NCBI GenBank assembly: GCA_963734535.1
Contig: CAVTHS010000014.1
Location: forward strand, 64,001 to 128,000
DNA length: 64,000 bases
Origin: an uncultured Chloroflexia bacterium
Lineage (GTDB): Bacteria > Chloroflexota > Limnocylindria > Limnocylindrales > CSP1-4
Direction: 5' to 3'
Below, piece after piece: positions 30,142 to 40,883 of the stretch. The notes under the pieces were generated by a model that saw only the letters and a list, made by a program, of their open reading frames with translations, did not search any database and was not told where the DNA came from. Both the position numbers and the translations under genes were made by a program. Positions within the stretch are counted from its first letter, which is position 1, and each line of letters starts with the position of its first letter.

Positions 30142-30996
30142 GTGACCGACACGGCGCCGTCAGCCCGCGAGGTCGCCGAGGCGACACGTCGGGTCGTGGT
30201 CTCTCGGAGCCTTGACAACCTGCAGTCCCAGGACGTGCGGTTCCTCCAGGAGGCCGCGCGGCTGGGGAGCGTCCGCCTCGAACTCTGGTCCGACGCGCTG
30301 GTGCGGTCCATGACCGGGCGCCCACCCTTCTTCCCGGAGCAGGAGCGGCTCTTCCTCGCGCAGGCGCTGCGCGATGTCGACAGTGCCGCCGTGGTGGAGC
30401 GACCCACGCGCGCGACGCTGCCGGACCTCGCGGGCCGCGTGGCCACGCTGGCCGTCCCGGAGGCCGAGGATGACCCGGATCTTCGCGCCCGTTGCCTCGC
30501 CCTTGGCATCGACTACCGCGTCATCGAAGCCGACCAGCTGGCTGGCTTCCCACCGGTGAGCGAGACCCCCGCTGCCCCGCGCGGCGGGAAGCGGGTCGTG
30601 GTCACCGGCTGCTTCGACTGGCTCCATTCGGGCCACGTCCGGTTCTTCCTGGATGCCGCCGCGCACGGCGATCTCTACGTGATCGTGGGCAGCGACGACA
30701 ACGTCAGGCTCCTCAAGGGCCCCGGGCATCCGCTGCGGGGTCAGGAGGAGCGCCGGTACATGGTCCAGTCCGTGCGCTGCGTGCGCCGCTGCCTGGTCTC
30801 GACCGGCACGGGCTGGATGGACGCCGAGCCCGAGATCGAGGCGATCGCGCCGCACGTCTACGTCGTGAACGAGGACGGCGACCAGCAGGAGAAGCGCGAC
30901 TTCTGTCGGGCCCACGGCCTGGACTACCTGGTGCTCGAGCGCAGGCCGCACGCGAACCTGCCCCGGCGAACCAGCACCGAGCTGCGCGGCTACTGA
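30142..30996 (+). CDS. Tandem cytidylyltransferase-like (TagD/RfaE-II) nucleotidyltransferase
   Basis: Second domain TGCFDWLHSGHVRF...QEERRYMV...TSTELR. First domain degenerate (SLDNLQSQDVRFL...EQERLF). Confidence 0.8.
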   Translation: MTDTAPSAREVAEATRRVVVSRSLDNLQSQDVRFLQEAARLGSVRLELWSDALVRSMTGRPPFFPEQERLFLAQALRDVDSAAVVERPTRATLPDLAGRVATLAVPEAEDDPDLRARCLALGIDYRVIEADQLAGFPPVSETPAAPRGGKRVVVTGCFDWLHSGHVRFFLDAAAHGDLYVIVGSDDNVRLLKGPGHPLRGQEERRYMVQSVRCVRRCLVSTGTGWMDAEPEIEAIAPHVYVVNEDGDQQEKRDFCRAHGLDYLVLERRPHANLPRRTSTELRGY

Positions 30997-31131
30997 TGTG
31001 CTCCGATGACCGCGGGTGCGTGATCGCCGCCGGCCCTCGCTCGTCGGGCCGCTCGCCGACCAGGAAGCGGACGCGTGAAGAGGCAGCCGAGTGAAGACGG
31101 CAGCCCGCCCCCGGGACCGGGGAATCGATCG

Positions 31132-32187
31132 ATGTACGCGGTGATCCTGGCGGGCGGCGGTGGAACGCGCCTCAGGCCGCTCTCGACCGTGGATCGCCCA
31201 AAGCCGTTCCTTCCGCTGCTCGGGGACCGGTCGCTGTTCCAGCGGACGGTCGACCGTGTCCGCGGTGTGGCGGATGGTGGCGTGGCGGTGGTTGTCAACC
31301 AACGCCACGCGCCGCTCGTACGGGACCAGGCACGGGGTGTGACGGTGCTCGAGGAGCCGACCGGGAGGAATACCGCTGGAGCGATCGCACTGGCCACGCT
31401 CGCCCTCGACGCGCCCGATGATGCGATCATGGTCGTCCTGCCGGCGGACCACCAGGTGGCAGACGAGCCGACCTTTCGGACGGTCCTGGCTGACGCCGCG
31501 GCGGAGCTTGCGCCGGGTTCGTTCGGGATCGCCCGCCCGCTGGTCACGCTCGGCATCCGGGTCACCGGGCCCGCGACCGACTACGGCTACCTGGTCCCCG
31601 ACCTCGACCGCGCCGGATCGGGCCGGCTCTCGGCCCACCCACTGAGCCGCTTCGAGGAGAAGCCGGATCGCGAGTCGGCCGCGCGGCTCGCGCGGGAGCC
31701 GGGAATCGCCTGGAACGCAGGCATCTTCCTCTGGCAGAGGGGCGCGATCCGGGCCGCCCTCAACGACTTCGCCCCCGACGTCCTCGGCGCGGTGGAGCTG
31801 GCGTATACGGCGGGTCGGCTCGACGCGGCGTACCCGGCGGTCCGCTCCACCTCGATCGACTATGCCGTGATGGAGCAGGCGGCCCGGGCCGGGATCGTGG
31901 TCATGGCCGCGATGGACGTCGGCTGGAGCGACCTCGGGACGTGGACGGCGCTGCTCGGCGCGCTCGGCGCCCCAGGGTCCGGATCGGTCGTCGAGCCGGG
32001 CGTCTCGTTCACGGCGGAGCCCGGCGACCTCGTTGTCGCGGCCGCGGGTCGATCGTGGACCGTCCGACACGGCGACGGCCGGGCGACATCGTGCGCTGCG
32101 CCCGTCGCCGTCCTGCGCGGGGCGCGGGAGGCCCTTCCCATCATCGAGGCACTGCTCGATCGGTGCGCCGTCGCAAGCGGCGCGTGA
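31132..32187 (+). CDS. manC: Mannose-1-phosphate guanylyltransferase
   Basis: VILAGGGGTRLRPLS...PKPFL, EPTGRNTA, LPADH, YGY, FEEKP, WNAGIF, SIDYAVME, WSDLG. Confidence 0.9.
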   Translation: MYAVILAGGGGTRLRPLSTVDRPKPFLPLLGDRSLFQRTVDRVRGVADGGVAVVVNQRHAPLVRDQARGVTVLEEPTGRNTAGAIALATLALDAPDDAIMVVLPADHQVADEPTFRTVLADAAAELAPGSFGIARPLVTLGIRVTGPATDYGYLVPDLDRAGSGRLSAHPLSRFEEKPDRESAARLAREPGIAWNAGIFLWQRGAIRAALNDFAPDVLGAVELAYTAGRLDAAYPAVRSTSIDYAVMEQAARAGIVVMAAMDVGWSDLGTWTALLGALGAPGSGSVVEPGVSFTAEPGDLVVAAAGRSWTVRHGDGRATSCAAPVAVLRGAREALPIIEALLDRCAVASGA

Positions 32188-32338
32188 CATCGCACCGCTC
32201 AGCGACAGAGCGGGCTCTCCTCTTCCCGAAGCGCGCCGCGGACGCCTCCTGTTCCCGCGAGCGAGCTTACGGCACGCTTCGTGCTCGCAGTCCCGCGGAT
32301 CGCGGCGCCGACCCCGGGCGCGTGTCTCGTCCCAGGTC

Positions 32339-34138
32339 TCAGCGGCGGCCGTAGAGCGGACCGAACGTCGCGCAGGCGCGGAAGTCCGCGCCTTCGGGAT
32401 CGGCCGTCCCGAGGTTGGCCCATGCGCTCGGCCGGAAGAGGTCCTCCTCCGGGACGTTGTGCATGTGGACCGGGATTCGCAGGACCGAGGCCAGCGTGAT
32501 GAGGTCGGCCCCGATGTGGCCGTAGCTGATCGCGCCGTGGTTGGCGGCCCAGTTCGCCATCACCGTGTAGACGTCGCGGAAGGGCCCGACACCGTTCACG
32601 CGCGGCACGAACCAGTGGGTTGGCCAGGTCGGGTCGGTGCGCGCGTCGAGGATGTCGTGGACCTCCTTCGGGAGGTCCACCGTCCAGCCCTCGGCGATCT
32701 GGAGGACCGGGCCAATGCCCGAGACCAGGTTGAGGCGAGCCATCGTCATGGGCATCCCGCCCCGGCTGACGAACTGCGACGAATACCCGCCGCCCCGGAA
32801 GTAGCCCCGGCTGGCGGGGTACCAGGTGGTCGCCTCGAGGGCCGACCGGACGTCACCCTCGGTGATCTCCCAGAACGGCTTCATCGCGGGCTCGCCGTCC
32901 GCGGTCATCGCGCCCGTCGCGTCGAGCGTGGCCGCGCCCGAGTTGATGAGGTGGATGAAGCCGCCCGCAGCGACGCCCTCGAGATCGTGGCCCGTGACGC
33001 GCTTGACCGCCTCCGGGCTCCAGTACGTGCGGACGTCGGCGAAGATCTGGGCACGGTTGGTCAGCAGGTAGCTGAGCAGCATCGTCGCGCCGTTGAGGCT
33101 GTCGTTCTCGGTCGCGAAGATGTGCGGAGCGCGGATCCCGTTCCAGTCGAACGACGAGTTCAGGATCGCTTCCATGAAGTCGCCGTTGGGGGCGTGATCC
33201 GTCCACTGGCGCTGGCCCTGGAACCCGCCCAGGATCGCGTTCCGGCCCATCGCCTCCTCGCCGAAGCCCAGCTCGGCCAGGCGCGGGTTGCCGACCAGGA
33301 GATCGCGGGTGATCAGGGTCATCTTGACCACGGTCTCCCAGTCGCGGTCCTTCTCCTCGCGACTCTTCTGCAGGTCGGAAGGGTTGTGGTCCGCGCCCTC
33401 GGTGCAGTTCGCCTTCGCCCAGGCCAGGCCCTTCGCGAACTCGACCGGGTCGTAGATGCCCTCGTCCATCCGGCGGGCCAGCTCGGACATGTCCACGCAC
33501 TCGACGCGCATGCCGAGGTACTTCTCGAAGAACGGCTGGTCGACGATCGAGCCGGCGATTCCCATCGAGACGCCGCCGAGCGAGAGGTACGACTTGCCGC
33601 GCAGGATCGCCGCGGCGAGGCCGGCCTTCGCGAAGCGCAGGATCTTCGCCTGCACGTCCGCCGGGATCGTGCCGTCGTTCGCGTCCTGGACGTCGCGGCC
33701 GTAGATGCCGAAGGCCGGCAGGCCCTTCTGCGTGTGGGCGGCGAGCACGGCCGCGAGGTAGACCGCCCCCGGGCGCTCGGTGCCGTTGAAGCCCCAGACC
33801 GCCTTGGGGGTCAGGGGATCCATGTCCATCGTCTCGGACCCGTAGCACCAGCACGGGGAGATCGTGATCGAGACGCCGACGCCCTCGACCCGGAAGAGCT
33901 CGGCGACCTTGGCCGCCTCGTAGACGCCGCCGATGGTGTGGTCGGGAACGACCACCTCCACGGGCGTCCCGTCCGGGTAGCGCAGGTTCGCGGCGATGAG
34001 GTCGGCCGTGCGGCGCGCCATCGCCTTCGTCTGGGACTCGAGCGATTCGCGAATTCCGTGCATGCGGCCGTCGATGGCGGGCCGGATGCCGATCTTCGGC
34101 CAGGCGCCCACGAAACGGCCGGCGGGACTGCTCGTCAT
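32339..34138 (-). CDS. fucI: L-fucose (D-arabinose) isomerase
   Basis: [60 protein letters not shown]; 599 aa. Confidence 0.97.
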   Translation of the reverse strand: MTSSPAGRFVGAWPKIGIRPAIDGRMHGIRESLESQTKAMARRTADLIAANLRYPDGTPVEVVVPDHTIGGVYEAAKVAELFRVEGVGVSITISPCWCYGSETMDMDPLTPKAVWGFNGTERPGAVYLAAVLAAHTQKGLPAFGIYGRDVQDANDGTIPADVQAKILRFAKAGLAAAILRGKSYLSLGGVSMGIAGSIVDQPFFEKYLGMRVECVDMSELARRMDEGIYDPVEFAKGLAWAKANCTEGADHNPSDLQKSREEKDRDWETVVKMTLITRDLLVGNPRLAELGFGEEAMGRNAILGGFQGQRQWTDHAPNGDFMEAILNSSFDWNGIRAPHIFATENDSLNGATMLLSYLLTNRAQIFADVRTYWSPEAVKRVTGHDLEGVAAGGFIHLINSGAATLDATGAMTADGEPAMKPFWEITEGDVRSALEATTWYPASRGYFRGGGYSSQFVSRGGMPMTMARLNLVSGIGPVLQIAEGWTVDLPKEVHDILDARTDPTWPTHWFVPRVNGVGPFRDVYTVMANWAANHGAISYGHIGADLITLASVLRIPVHMHNVPEEDLFRPSAWANLGTADPEGADFRACATFGPLYGRR

Positions 34139-34213
34139 GGGATTGGTCTCCTGTCGTGAGGCGGGCGCTCCGACCGTTCGGGCGCGTCCGCGCGGGGGCG
34201 TCTCGTTCGGTGC

Positions 34214-34633
34214 CTACTCGGGCATGACCACGCCGATGGTCAGCAGGATGTTGGCGTAGATGCGCTGCTCGCCGGTCGAGATCGCGAGCGCGAGGTCGGG
34301 GCTCCGGGCCATGTCGTAGAACTGGAAGCGGCCCAGGCGCTGGAGCTCCGTCCCGGGCAGCATCCCGCGGAATTCGCCGAAGACGGCGGGCTCCTCCCCG
34401 TTGTCGGGGCCCATGACGTGCGCCGCCTCGATCGGGATCGCTTCGACCAGGACGCGCAGGACGTCGGTCACGGTCACCAGGCCGGGCGCGAGGTTGAGGT
34501 GGACCCGGTGGGCGCCCGGGCTCGAGCGCGTCAGCAGCGGGTAGTTGCCGTCGGCGATCAGGACCTGGGCGCCGTGGCCGGCCTCCCCGAGCGCCTGAAG
34601 GATCTCCGGGTGGAGCAAGCGGGTCTTCAGCAT
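34214..34633 (-). CDS. fucU: RbsD/FucU-family sugar mutarotase
   Basis: LHPEIL...GHG...IADGNYP, RFQFY, TGEQRIYANILL; directly upstream of fucI. Confidence 0.85.
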   Translation of the reverse strand: MLKTRLLHPEILQALGEAGHGAQVLIADGNYPLLTRSSPGAHRVHLNLAPGLVTVTDVLRVLVEAIPIEAAHVMGPDNGEEPAVFGEFRGMLPGTELQRLGRFQFYDMARSPDLALAISTGEQRIYANILLTIGVVMPE

Positions 34634-34795
34634 CGTGGACTCCTCCTGTGGCGGCGGGCTGGCGAGGCGGGGGCACCGGTCTGCAGGGCGCAGCGGGAGA
34701 TCCCTGCGAGATCGAGGCGGCCGTCGAGCACGGCCCCCGGGGCCGTCACGCCGATTGCGGCCGGGCCGCGCTGCCGCGCAGGGAGGCGAGGACGT

Positions 34796-35872
34796 CTACG
34801 CAAGGGTCAGCGAAGCGGCTTCTGCCGTCGATCTCTTGTTCAGGACGGACAGCCCAGGCGGCGCACCACTCGAGCGGCGGATGCGCAGCTCGCTCGGCAG
34901 GATCACCTCGCGACCCGGGCCCGAGATCGTCCCATCGAGCCGGGCAAGCATGAGCTCGGCGGCGCGTCGCCCGATCTCGTAGGCGGGCTGGTCCACCACC
35001 GTCATGAACGGATCGGACAGCCAGGCGACGGGCAGGTCGTCGAACGCCACGATCGACACGTCCTCCGGCACCCGGATACCCGCGTCACGGAGCGATCGCA
35101 TCGCACCGAACGCGATGAAGTTGTTTGCGGCGAAGATCGCGGTCGGCCTCGGATCGACAGCCAGGACCTCCTGCGCCATCCGGTTTCCGTCCACCTGGTT
35201 GTACTCCCCGTAGTTGTACTCGCCGTAGCGGACCAGGTCGTCGTCCAGCTCGAGCCCGGCGTCGAGCATGGCCCGGCAGTAGCCTGCGACGCGGTCGATC
35301 GAGGTGGAGACGCTCCGGCGACCGGTCAGCACGGCAATGCGGCGGTGTCCGAGACCGATGAGGTGCTGCGTGAGCGTGTACGCCCCCGCTTCCGAGTCGG
35401 ATCGAACGCTGTCGATCTGGCGGGACTGGATGCGACGGTCGATGACGACCACCGGCATATGGTGCGACGACAGCAGGCGCAGCGACTTCCCGCTCGTGCT
35501 CGCGGGAACCAGCAGCACGCCGTCCACCTGGCGCTGGACCAGCATCAGCAGGTACCTGGCCTCTTCCGCCTCCGACTCGTCCGTGTTGCAGAACATGACG
35601 GAGAAGCCCTGCGCCCTGGCCACGTCCTCGACGCCGCGGGCGATGGTGGTGAAGAAGGGATTCATGATGTCGGAGAGAACCAGCGCCAGCATCTTGGTCC
35701 GCTTCGACCGCAGTTGTCGCCCGACCGCGTTCGGGACATAGGCGAGCTCCGCGATCGCTGCCTCGACGCGCGACCGGGTCTCCCGGCCGATGTACCCGGA
35801 GTTGTTGATGACGCGCGAGACCGTCATGGCGGAGACGCCCGCCAGCTTCGCGACGTCGTTGATCGTGCTCAT
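34796..35872 (-). CDS. LacI-family transcriptional regulator
   Basis: STINDVAKLAGVSAMTVSRV, VPEDVSIVAFDD. Confidence 0.95.
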   Translation of the reverse strand: MSTINDVAKLAGVSAMTVSRVINNSGYIGRETRSRVEAAIAELAYVPNAVGRQLRSKRTKMLALVLSDIMNPFFTTIARGVEDVARAQGFSVMFCNTDESEAEEARYLLMLVQRQVDGVLLVPASTSGKSLRLLSSHHMPVVVIDRRIQSRQIDSVRSDSEAGAYTLTQHLIGLGHRRIAVLTGRRSVSTSIDRVAGYCRAMLDAGLELDDDLVRYGEYNYGEYNQVDGNRMAQEVLAVDPRPTAIFAANNFIAFGAMRSLRDAGIRVPEDVSIVAFDDLPVAWLSDPFMTVVDQPAYEIGRRAAELMLARLDGTISGPGREVILPSELRIRRSSGAPPGLSVLNKRSTAEAASLTLA

Positions 35873-35929
35873 CCGGTGATCCCCGCGTGACTTCGGTCAG
35901 GGGTTCCCGTGAACGGCCCACGGTGAGAA

Positions 35930-35960
35930 TGGGGGCTGCCCGCCCTGCGGACAGCCCCCA
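35930..35960 (-). terminator. GC-rich hairpin downstream of the binding-protein gene (terminator or mRNA stabiliser)
   Basis: TGGGGGCTGcCCGC-cct-GCGGaCAGCCCCCA inverted repeat; no U-tract. Confidence 0.55.
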
Positions 35961-35983
35961 GTGGTTGCGGGCCAGGCGAGGGG

Positions 35984-37039
35984 CTACTTGTAGAGGACCG
36001 CCTGGATGGCCGGGTCGTTGATGTTGGTCTTGTCGAACCACATGAAGCCGGTGTCGATCTTCTGCGGCAGGGTCTTGCCGTTGATGGCGTCGACCGCGGC
36101 GTCGACGCACTTGGCACCGATGCCGATCGGGTTCTGGGTGATTGCGCCGGCCTCGACGCCGCTGGTGATCGCGTCGATCTGCTGCTGGCCGGAGTCGTAG
36201 CCGATGGCCACGATCTTGCCCTCGTTGCCGGTCTCCTTGAGCGCGTTGAGGACGCCCTTGATGGAGCCCTCGTTCGCGCCGAAGAAGCCCTTGAGGTCGG
36301 GGTTGGCCGTCATCATCGCCTTGGCGATGTCGGCGGACTTGACCGCGTCGCCCGCGCCGTACTGGGGCGGGAGGACCTTGATGTTCGGGTACTTCGCCGC
36401 CATCTGGGCGAGGAACCCGTCACGCCGAGTGATGCCAGTCTGGCTGGTCTGGTCGTGGACGATGACGCCGACCGTGCCCGCGTTGCCGATGAGGCTGGCC
36501 ATGTGGTCGGCGGCGACGGCGGCGGCCGCGGTGTTGTCGGTCGCGACGGTCGTCACCGGGATGGTGCTGTCGACGCCGGAGTCGAAGCCGACGACGGGGA
36601 TCTTGGAAGTCTGGGCCTGCGCCAGGAGGGCGCCCGCGGCCTTGCTGTCAAGGGCCGCGAAGCAGACGGCAGCGGGGTTGTTGCTGAGGGCTGTCTGCAG
36701 CATGGTGAGCTGCTTGTCGATTTCGGACTCAGTCGCCGGGCCCTGGTAGGTCGCCGTGACGCCGAGCTTGGCGGCCTCATCGAGGGCGCCCTTCTTGACG
36801 GCCTGCCAGAACTGGTGCTGCTCGCCCTTCGAGATGATGGCGATCGTCTTGCCCTTGGCCGCACCGGCGTCCGTGGGCGCGGTATAGGCCGAGGCCGCTC
36901 CGCCGGCCGAAGAGGCCTGGGCCGATGCCGCAGCGGCGCTCGCCGCCGGCGCGGTCGTGGCGCTGCCGGAGCAGGCGCTGGCCACCAGGGCCAGGGTCAT
37001 CGTGCCAGCCGCGAGGCTGGTGATGCGCGTGAGCTTCAT
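35984..37039 (-). CDS. Sugar ABC transporter substrate-binding lipoprotein (CUT2)
   Basis: Lipobox ASAC; SKGEQHQFWQAVKKGA, GFDSG, ATDN, ITQNP. Confidence 0.93.
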   Translation of the reverse strand: MKLTRITSLAAGTMTLALVASACSGSATTAPAASAAAASAQASSAGGAASAYTAPTDAGAAKGKTIAIISKGEQHQFWQAVKKGALDEAAKLGVTATYQGPATESEIDKQLTMLQTALSNNPAAVCFAALDSKAAGALLAQAQTSKIPVVGFDSGVDSTIPVTTVATDNTAAAAVAADHMASLIGNAGTVGVIVHDQTSQTGITRRDGFLAQMAAKYPNIKVLPPQYGAGDAVKSADIAKAMMTANPDLKGFFGANEGSIKGVLNALKETGNEGKIVAIGYDSGQQQIDAITSGVEAGAITQNPIGIGAKCVDAAVDAINGKTLPQKIDTGFMWFDKTNINDPAIQAVLYK

Positions 37040-37133
37040 GTACTCCTCCGTGTTCCTTGCTGAACCGCTATTCCCGATCCCGGCCGCCGCGCGGCCGGTG
37101 TTGGGGCCGAAGTGAAGAGGGGTCGTGTGCCCC

Positions 37134-38168
37134 TCAGGCGCGACTGCGCCGGCGCATGATGTCGAGGTAGACGGCGCCGATGACCACGAGACCCGTGATC
37201 ACCGACTTCCACTGGTCGGGAACGCCCGCCACCGAGAGGCCGATGCGCAGCGTGCTGATGAGGAAGGCACCGATGATCGTGCCGACGACGCTCCCCTCGC
37301 CCCCGGAGAGGGAGGTGCCCCCGATGACCGCCGCTGCGATCGCGTCGAGCTCGTAGCCCATCCCGAGGCCTGGCTGGGCGGAGTTCATGCGCGAGGCGAT
37401 GACGATGCCGGCCAGGCCTACGAACAGGCCGTCAACGATGTAGACGATGATCTTCCAGCGATCGGTGTTGACACCGGAGAGCCGTGTCGCCTCTTCGTTG
37501 GAGCCGAGGGCAAACGTGTACCTGCCGAGGATCGTCTTGTTGAGGAGGATCCACGCGACGGCCGCGCCGCCCAGCATCACCCACACGATGTTCGGGATCC
37601 CGACGATCGGCTTGTCCATGAAGAACTTCTGGAAGCCGGGCTGCGTCGCCTCGAAGTAGATCGGATGCACGTCCGAGAGCACCTGGGCCATGCCGAGCGT
37701 GACGTAGAGCATACCCAGGGTGGCGATGAACGGCGGCAGCTTGAGCTTCGCGATGAGAAAGCCGTTCGTCAGGCCGACCAGGGCGCCCGCCGCGAAGGCG
37801 GCGAGCAGGCCGATCGGGAGCGGCAGCCCCAAGTTGACGGACACGAGCCCCATCACCACCGACGAGAAGGTCATGGCGGTGCCGAGCGAGAGGTCGATGC
37901 CCCCGGTGATGATCACGAACGTGACGCCGGTCGCGAGCACACCGTTGACCGCTGTCGCCGTCAGGATGTCGATGTAGTTGTTGGTGCTCGCGAAATGGGG
38001 GACGACGATCGAGAAGAAGACAAGCAGGATGACGAGGGCGCCGAGGGCCAGCAGGCGCTGGATCGATTCGCCCTTCATGAGCGACTGGGCGCGCGAGGGT
38101 GCGGGCGCGGGAGTCGACTGCATCGGTTCGCTGCCTCGTGGCTGACCGGTTGGGTTGGTGGCACTCAC
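37134..38168 (-). CDS. Sugar ABC transporter permease (RbsC-like)
   Basis: [45 protein letters not shown]. Confidence 0.94.
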   Translation of the reverse strand: MSATNPTGQPRGSEPMQSTPAPAPSRAQSLMKGESIQRLLALGALVILLVFFSIVVPHFASTNNYIDILTATAVNGVLATGVTFVIITGGIDLSLGTAMTFSSVVMGLVSVNLGLPLPIGLLAAFAAGALVGLTNGFLIAKLKLPPFIATLGMLYVTLGMAQVLSDVHPIYFEATQPGFQKFFMDKPIVGIPNIVWVMLGGAAVAWILLNKTILGRYTFALGSNEEATRLSGVNTDRWKIIVYIVDGLFVGLAGIVIASRMNSAQPGLGMGYELDAIAAAVIGGTSLSGGEGSVVGTIIGAFLISTLRIGLSVAGVPDQWKSVITGLVVIGAVYLDIMRRRSRA

Positions 38169-39673
38169 GCGGCGGCCACCGATTCGCGTTGGGTGGCCAG
38201 CGTCATGATCCGTTCCTGGGTCGCCTCCGCGGAGGTGAGCTCACCGGTGATGCGCCCTTCGCACATCACGAGGATGCGGTGGCTCATCCGGAGGATCTCG
38301 GGCAACTCCGAGGAGATCATGATGATCGACTTGCCCTGCTTGGCCAGGTCGTTGAGCAGCCGGTAGATCTCGCTCTTCGCCCCCACGTCGATGCCTCGCG
38401 TCGGCTCATCGAAGATGAGGATGTCGGTGTCGGCTGTCAGCCACTTGGCGATGACCACCTTCTGCTGGTTGCCGCCGGAGAGGTTCTTCACCCGTTGGGA
38501 GATCCCAGGCGTCTTGATCGCGAGGGCCTTGACCTGCTCCAGGGCCTGCCTCCGCGTGGTGCCGGTCCTGACCCAGCCGAACCAATTCGCGAAGCGGCCC
38601 AGGGAGGCGAGGACCGTGTTGACCTCGACGTCCATGCCGAGCGCCAGGCCGTAGCGCTTGCGGTCCTCGGAGAGGTACGCGATCCCGTGCTGAACGGCGT
38701 CGCTCGGCGAGCGGACCGTGGCCGGCTGGCCCTGGATCGTGATCGTGCCGGACTCCGGTCGGTCGGCGGCGAAGATGGCGCGCATGACCTCGGTGCGGCC
38801 TGCGCCAACGAGGCCGGCCACCCCCAGGATCTCACCGCGGTGGAGCTGGAAGCTGATGTCCTGGACCTGGCGACCGCGATTGAGCCCCCTGACCTCGAGC
38901 ACGACGTTCGGGTCGCGCTTCTCGGGAAGCTCGGGCGTCGCTTCGAAGACGGTCCGGCCGACCATCATGCTGATGATCTGCTGGATCTCGGCCTCGGCCG
39001 TGTTGACGGTCGCGATGTAGCGTCCGTCGCGCATGACCGTGATCCGGTCCGAGATCTTCTTGAGCTCCTCCAGGCGGTGGGAGATGTGGACGATGCCCTT
39101 CCCCTGGCCACGCAGGTGGCGGATGATCCGGAAGAGCTCCTCGATCTCCGTGTCGGTCAGGGCGGCCGTCGGCTCGTCCATGATCAGGACGGCCGAGTCG
39201 TAGCTGAGCGCCTTCGCGATCTCGACCATCTGCTGCTGGGCGACCGCCAGGGAGCCCACCCGCGTGCGCGGGTCGAGGTTCAGGTGGAGATCGTCGAAGA
39301 GCCGGCGTGCCTTGGCGTTCAGCGCCGCTTCATCGAGGAAGGGCCCGCGGCGCGGCTCGCGGCCGATGAAGATGTTCTGGGCCACCGTGAGGTGGTACAT
39401 GAGGTTCAGCTCCTGGTGGATGATGCTGATCCCCAGGGACTGGGCGGCATGGGGGGTGGGGACCTCCACCTCGCTGTCCTTGACTCGGATGGTGCCGGCA
39501 TCCCGCCGATAGATGCCGGCCAGGATCTTCATCAGCGTGGACTTGCCGGCCCCGTTCTCGCCGACGAGGGCATGGACTTCGCCGGCGCGAAGGTCGAAGC
39601 GACAGTCGTCGAGGGCGTGCACGCCAGGGAAGCTCTTGCTGATGCCGGTCATCTCGACCAGGAGCTCAACCAT
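38165..39673 (-). CDS. Sugar ABC transporter ATP-binding protein (RbsA-like)
   Basis: [34 protein letters not shown]. Confidence 0.95.
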   Translation of the reverse strand: MVELLVEMTGISKSFPGVHALDDCRFDLRAGEVHALVGENGAGKSTLMKILAGIYRRDAGTIRVKDSEVEVPTPHAAQSLGISIIHQELNLMYHLTVAQNIFIGREPRRGPFLDEAALNAKARRLFDDLHLNLDPRTRVGSLAVAQQQMVEIAKALSYDSAVLIMDEPTAALTDTEIEELFRIIRHLRGQGKGIVHISHRLEELKKISDRITVMRDGRYIATVNTAEAEIQQIISMMVGRTVFEATPELPEKRDPNVVLEVRGLNRGRQVQDISFQLHRGEILGVAGLVGAGRTEVMRAIFAADRPESGTITIQGQPATVRSPSDAVQHGIAYLSEDRKRYGLALGMDVEVNTVLASLGRFANWFGWVRTGTTRRQALEQVKALAIKTPGISQRVKNLSGGNQQKVVIAKWLTADTDILIFDEPTRGIDVGAKSEIYRLLNDLAKQGKSIIMISSELPEILRMSHRILVMCEGRITGELTSAEATQERIMTLATQRESVAAA

Positions 39674-39767
39674 CGCGGATTCTCCCTGCGCTCGCGTGAC
39701 GGGGCGGGCGGGTCCACGGCCGGCTGTCGGACCCGCGGGGGACGCGCATGTGGCTCGACATCGCCGG

Positions 39768-39796
39768 GTGTTATCGATATCCGTTATCGATAACAC
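39768..39796. promoter_or_regulatory. Tandem LacI-family operators upstream of the ABC/fucI operon
   Basis: GTGTTATCGATAT-CCG-TTATCGATAACAC: two TATCGATA cores forming a near-perfect 29-bp inverted repeat. Minus-strand TTGACA at 39820-39815. Confidence 0.78.
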
Positions 39797-39871
39797 ATTG
39801 CAGACTAGCGCACGTGTCAATAGCCCCGCGGGGGCAGTTCGATACCTCGAAGGAGTCGTTCGGGACCGTTT

Positions 39872-40696
39872 TCAGACGACGGAGGTCTCCACGTGGAAGG
39901 CGGCGACCACCGCGCGCATCTCGTCCCCGCTCAGCCCCTCCGCGCGCTGTCCGGCAAGCAGATCCATGTACTCGTAGCGGGCGGCCGTCTCCGCGTACTC
40001 GATGCGGTCCGCGGCGCGCGTGATCGAGATGTCGGATCGGGACATCACACCGTGCTTACCCCACAGGACGACGCGGTGCGTGCGCAGCCCGGCGACGTTC
40101 GCGGCCATGAGCTCGGCTGATCCGGGCACCATGAAGGGGAGCACGCCGACACCCTGCGGGAGGTTGACGATCGTCTCGGGCTCCCAGCGCAGGAGACGCC
40201 GGTTGAAATATGCCTCGTCCCGGTACTCGGGAACGTGGCTCAGGTAGACGAGGTGCGGCGGCTGGGCGTGCATGACGGCGTGAACGTTCGTGTCGGCCCG
40301 CGCGATGGTGTCGTCGTGGACCCCCAGGTGCGAGTTCCACTCGCTGGTCAGGCCGTCGAAAAGACAGCGGGGCGACGTGAAGAGCGTGCCGGTCGTTCCG
40401 TCCGCGTGGACCAGGACGACGCCGAGGTTCGCCGCCGGGTCGCTCGCGATGTCACGCAGCCGCCGGCCGGAACCGGTCACGACGATCCGCCAGCCGCCGA
40501 GATGGGGCGCGGAAAGGGGAAGCTCGATCTCCCGGGCGACCGGGAACTGGCGACGGACCTCGATGGGCCATCCGACACACACCGAGATGTTGCCGGCGCC
40601 ACCCTCGCTCGCGCCGATCGCCGCGATCCGGCTGCCCGCCTCGCCGATGGAGACCAGGATCTCGCTGAGCTCCGGGAACGGCTCCCTGGCTGGCAT
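39872..40696 (-). CDS. rhaD: Rhamnulose-1-phosphate aldolase-like class II aldolase
   Basis: EGGAGNIS, VTGSG, TSEWNSH, MHAQP, WEPET, PFMVPGS, WGKHG, IEYAETAA. Confidence 0.82.
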   Translation of the reverse strand: MPAREPFPELSEILVSIGEAGSRIAAIGASEGGAGNISVCVGWPIEVRRQFPVAREIELPLSAPHLGGWRIVVTGSGRRLRDIASDPAANLGVVLVHADGTTGTLFTSPRCLFDGLTSEWNSHLGVHDDTIARADTNVHAVMHAQPPHLVYLSHVPEYRDEAYFNRRLLRWEPETIVNLPQGVGVLPFMVPGSAELMAANVAGLRTHRVVLWGKHGVMSRSDISITRAADRIEYAETAARYEYMDLLAGQRAEGLSGDEMRAVVAAFHVETSVV

Positions 40697-40883
40697 GCGC
40701 CACCTCGATTCTCGGTTCCTGCTTGAGGCTTCGCCTTTTGGCGTGTATTCTATGCCAAGTCGAAACCATTCGGAAACACCCGCATGGATTCGTTCGTCGG
40801 TATCCCGGTCCCGCCGGGACGCCATCGGAGGTGCGCCGGGTGCTCGGCTGCGACCGGCGCGTGGGCAACAGGCAGGACGGCCA

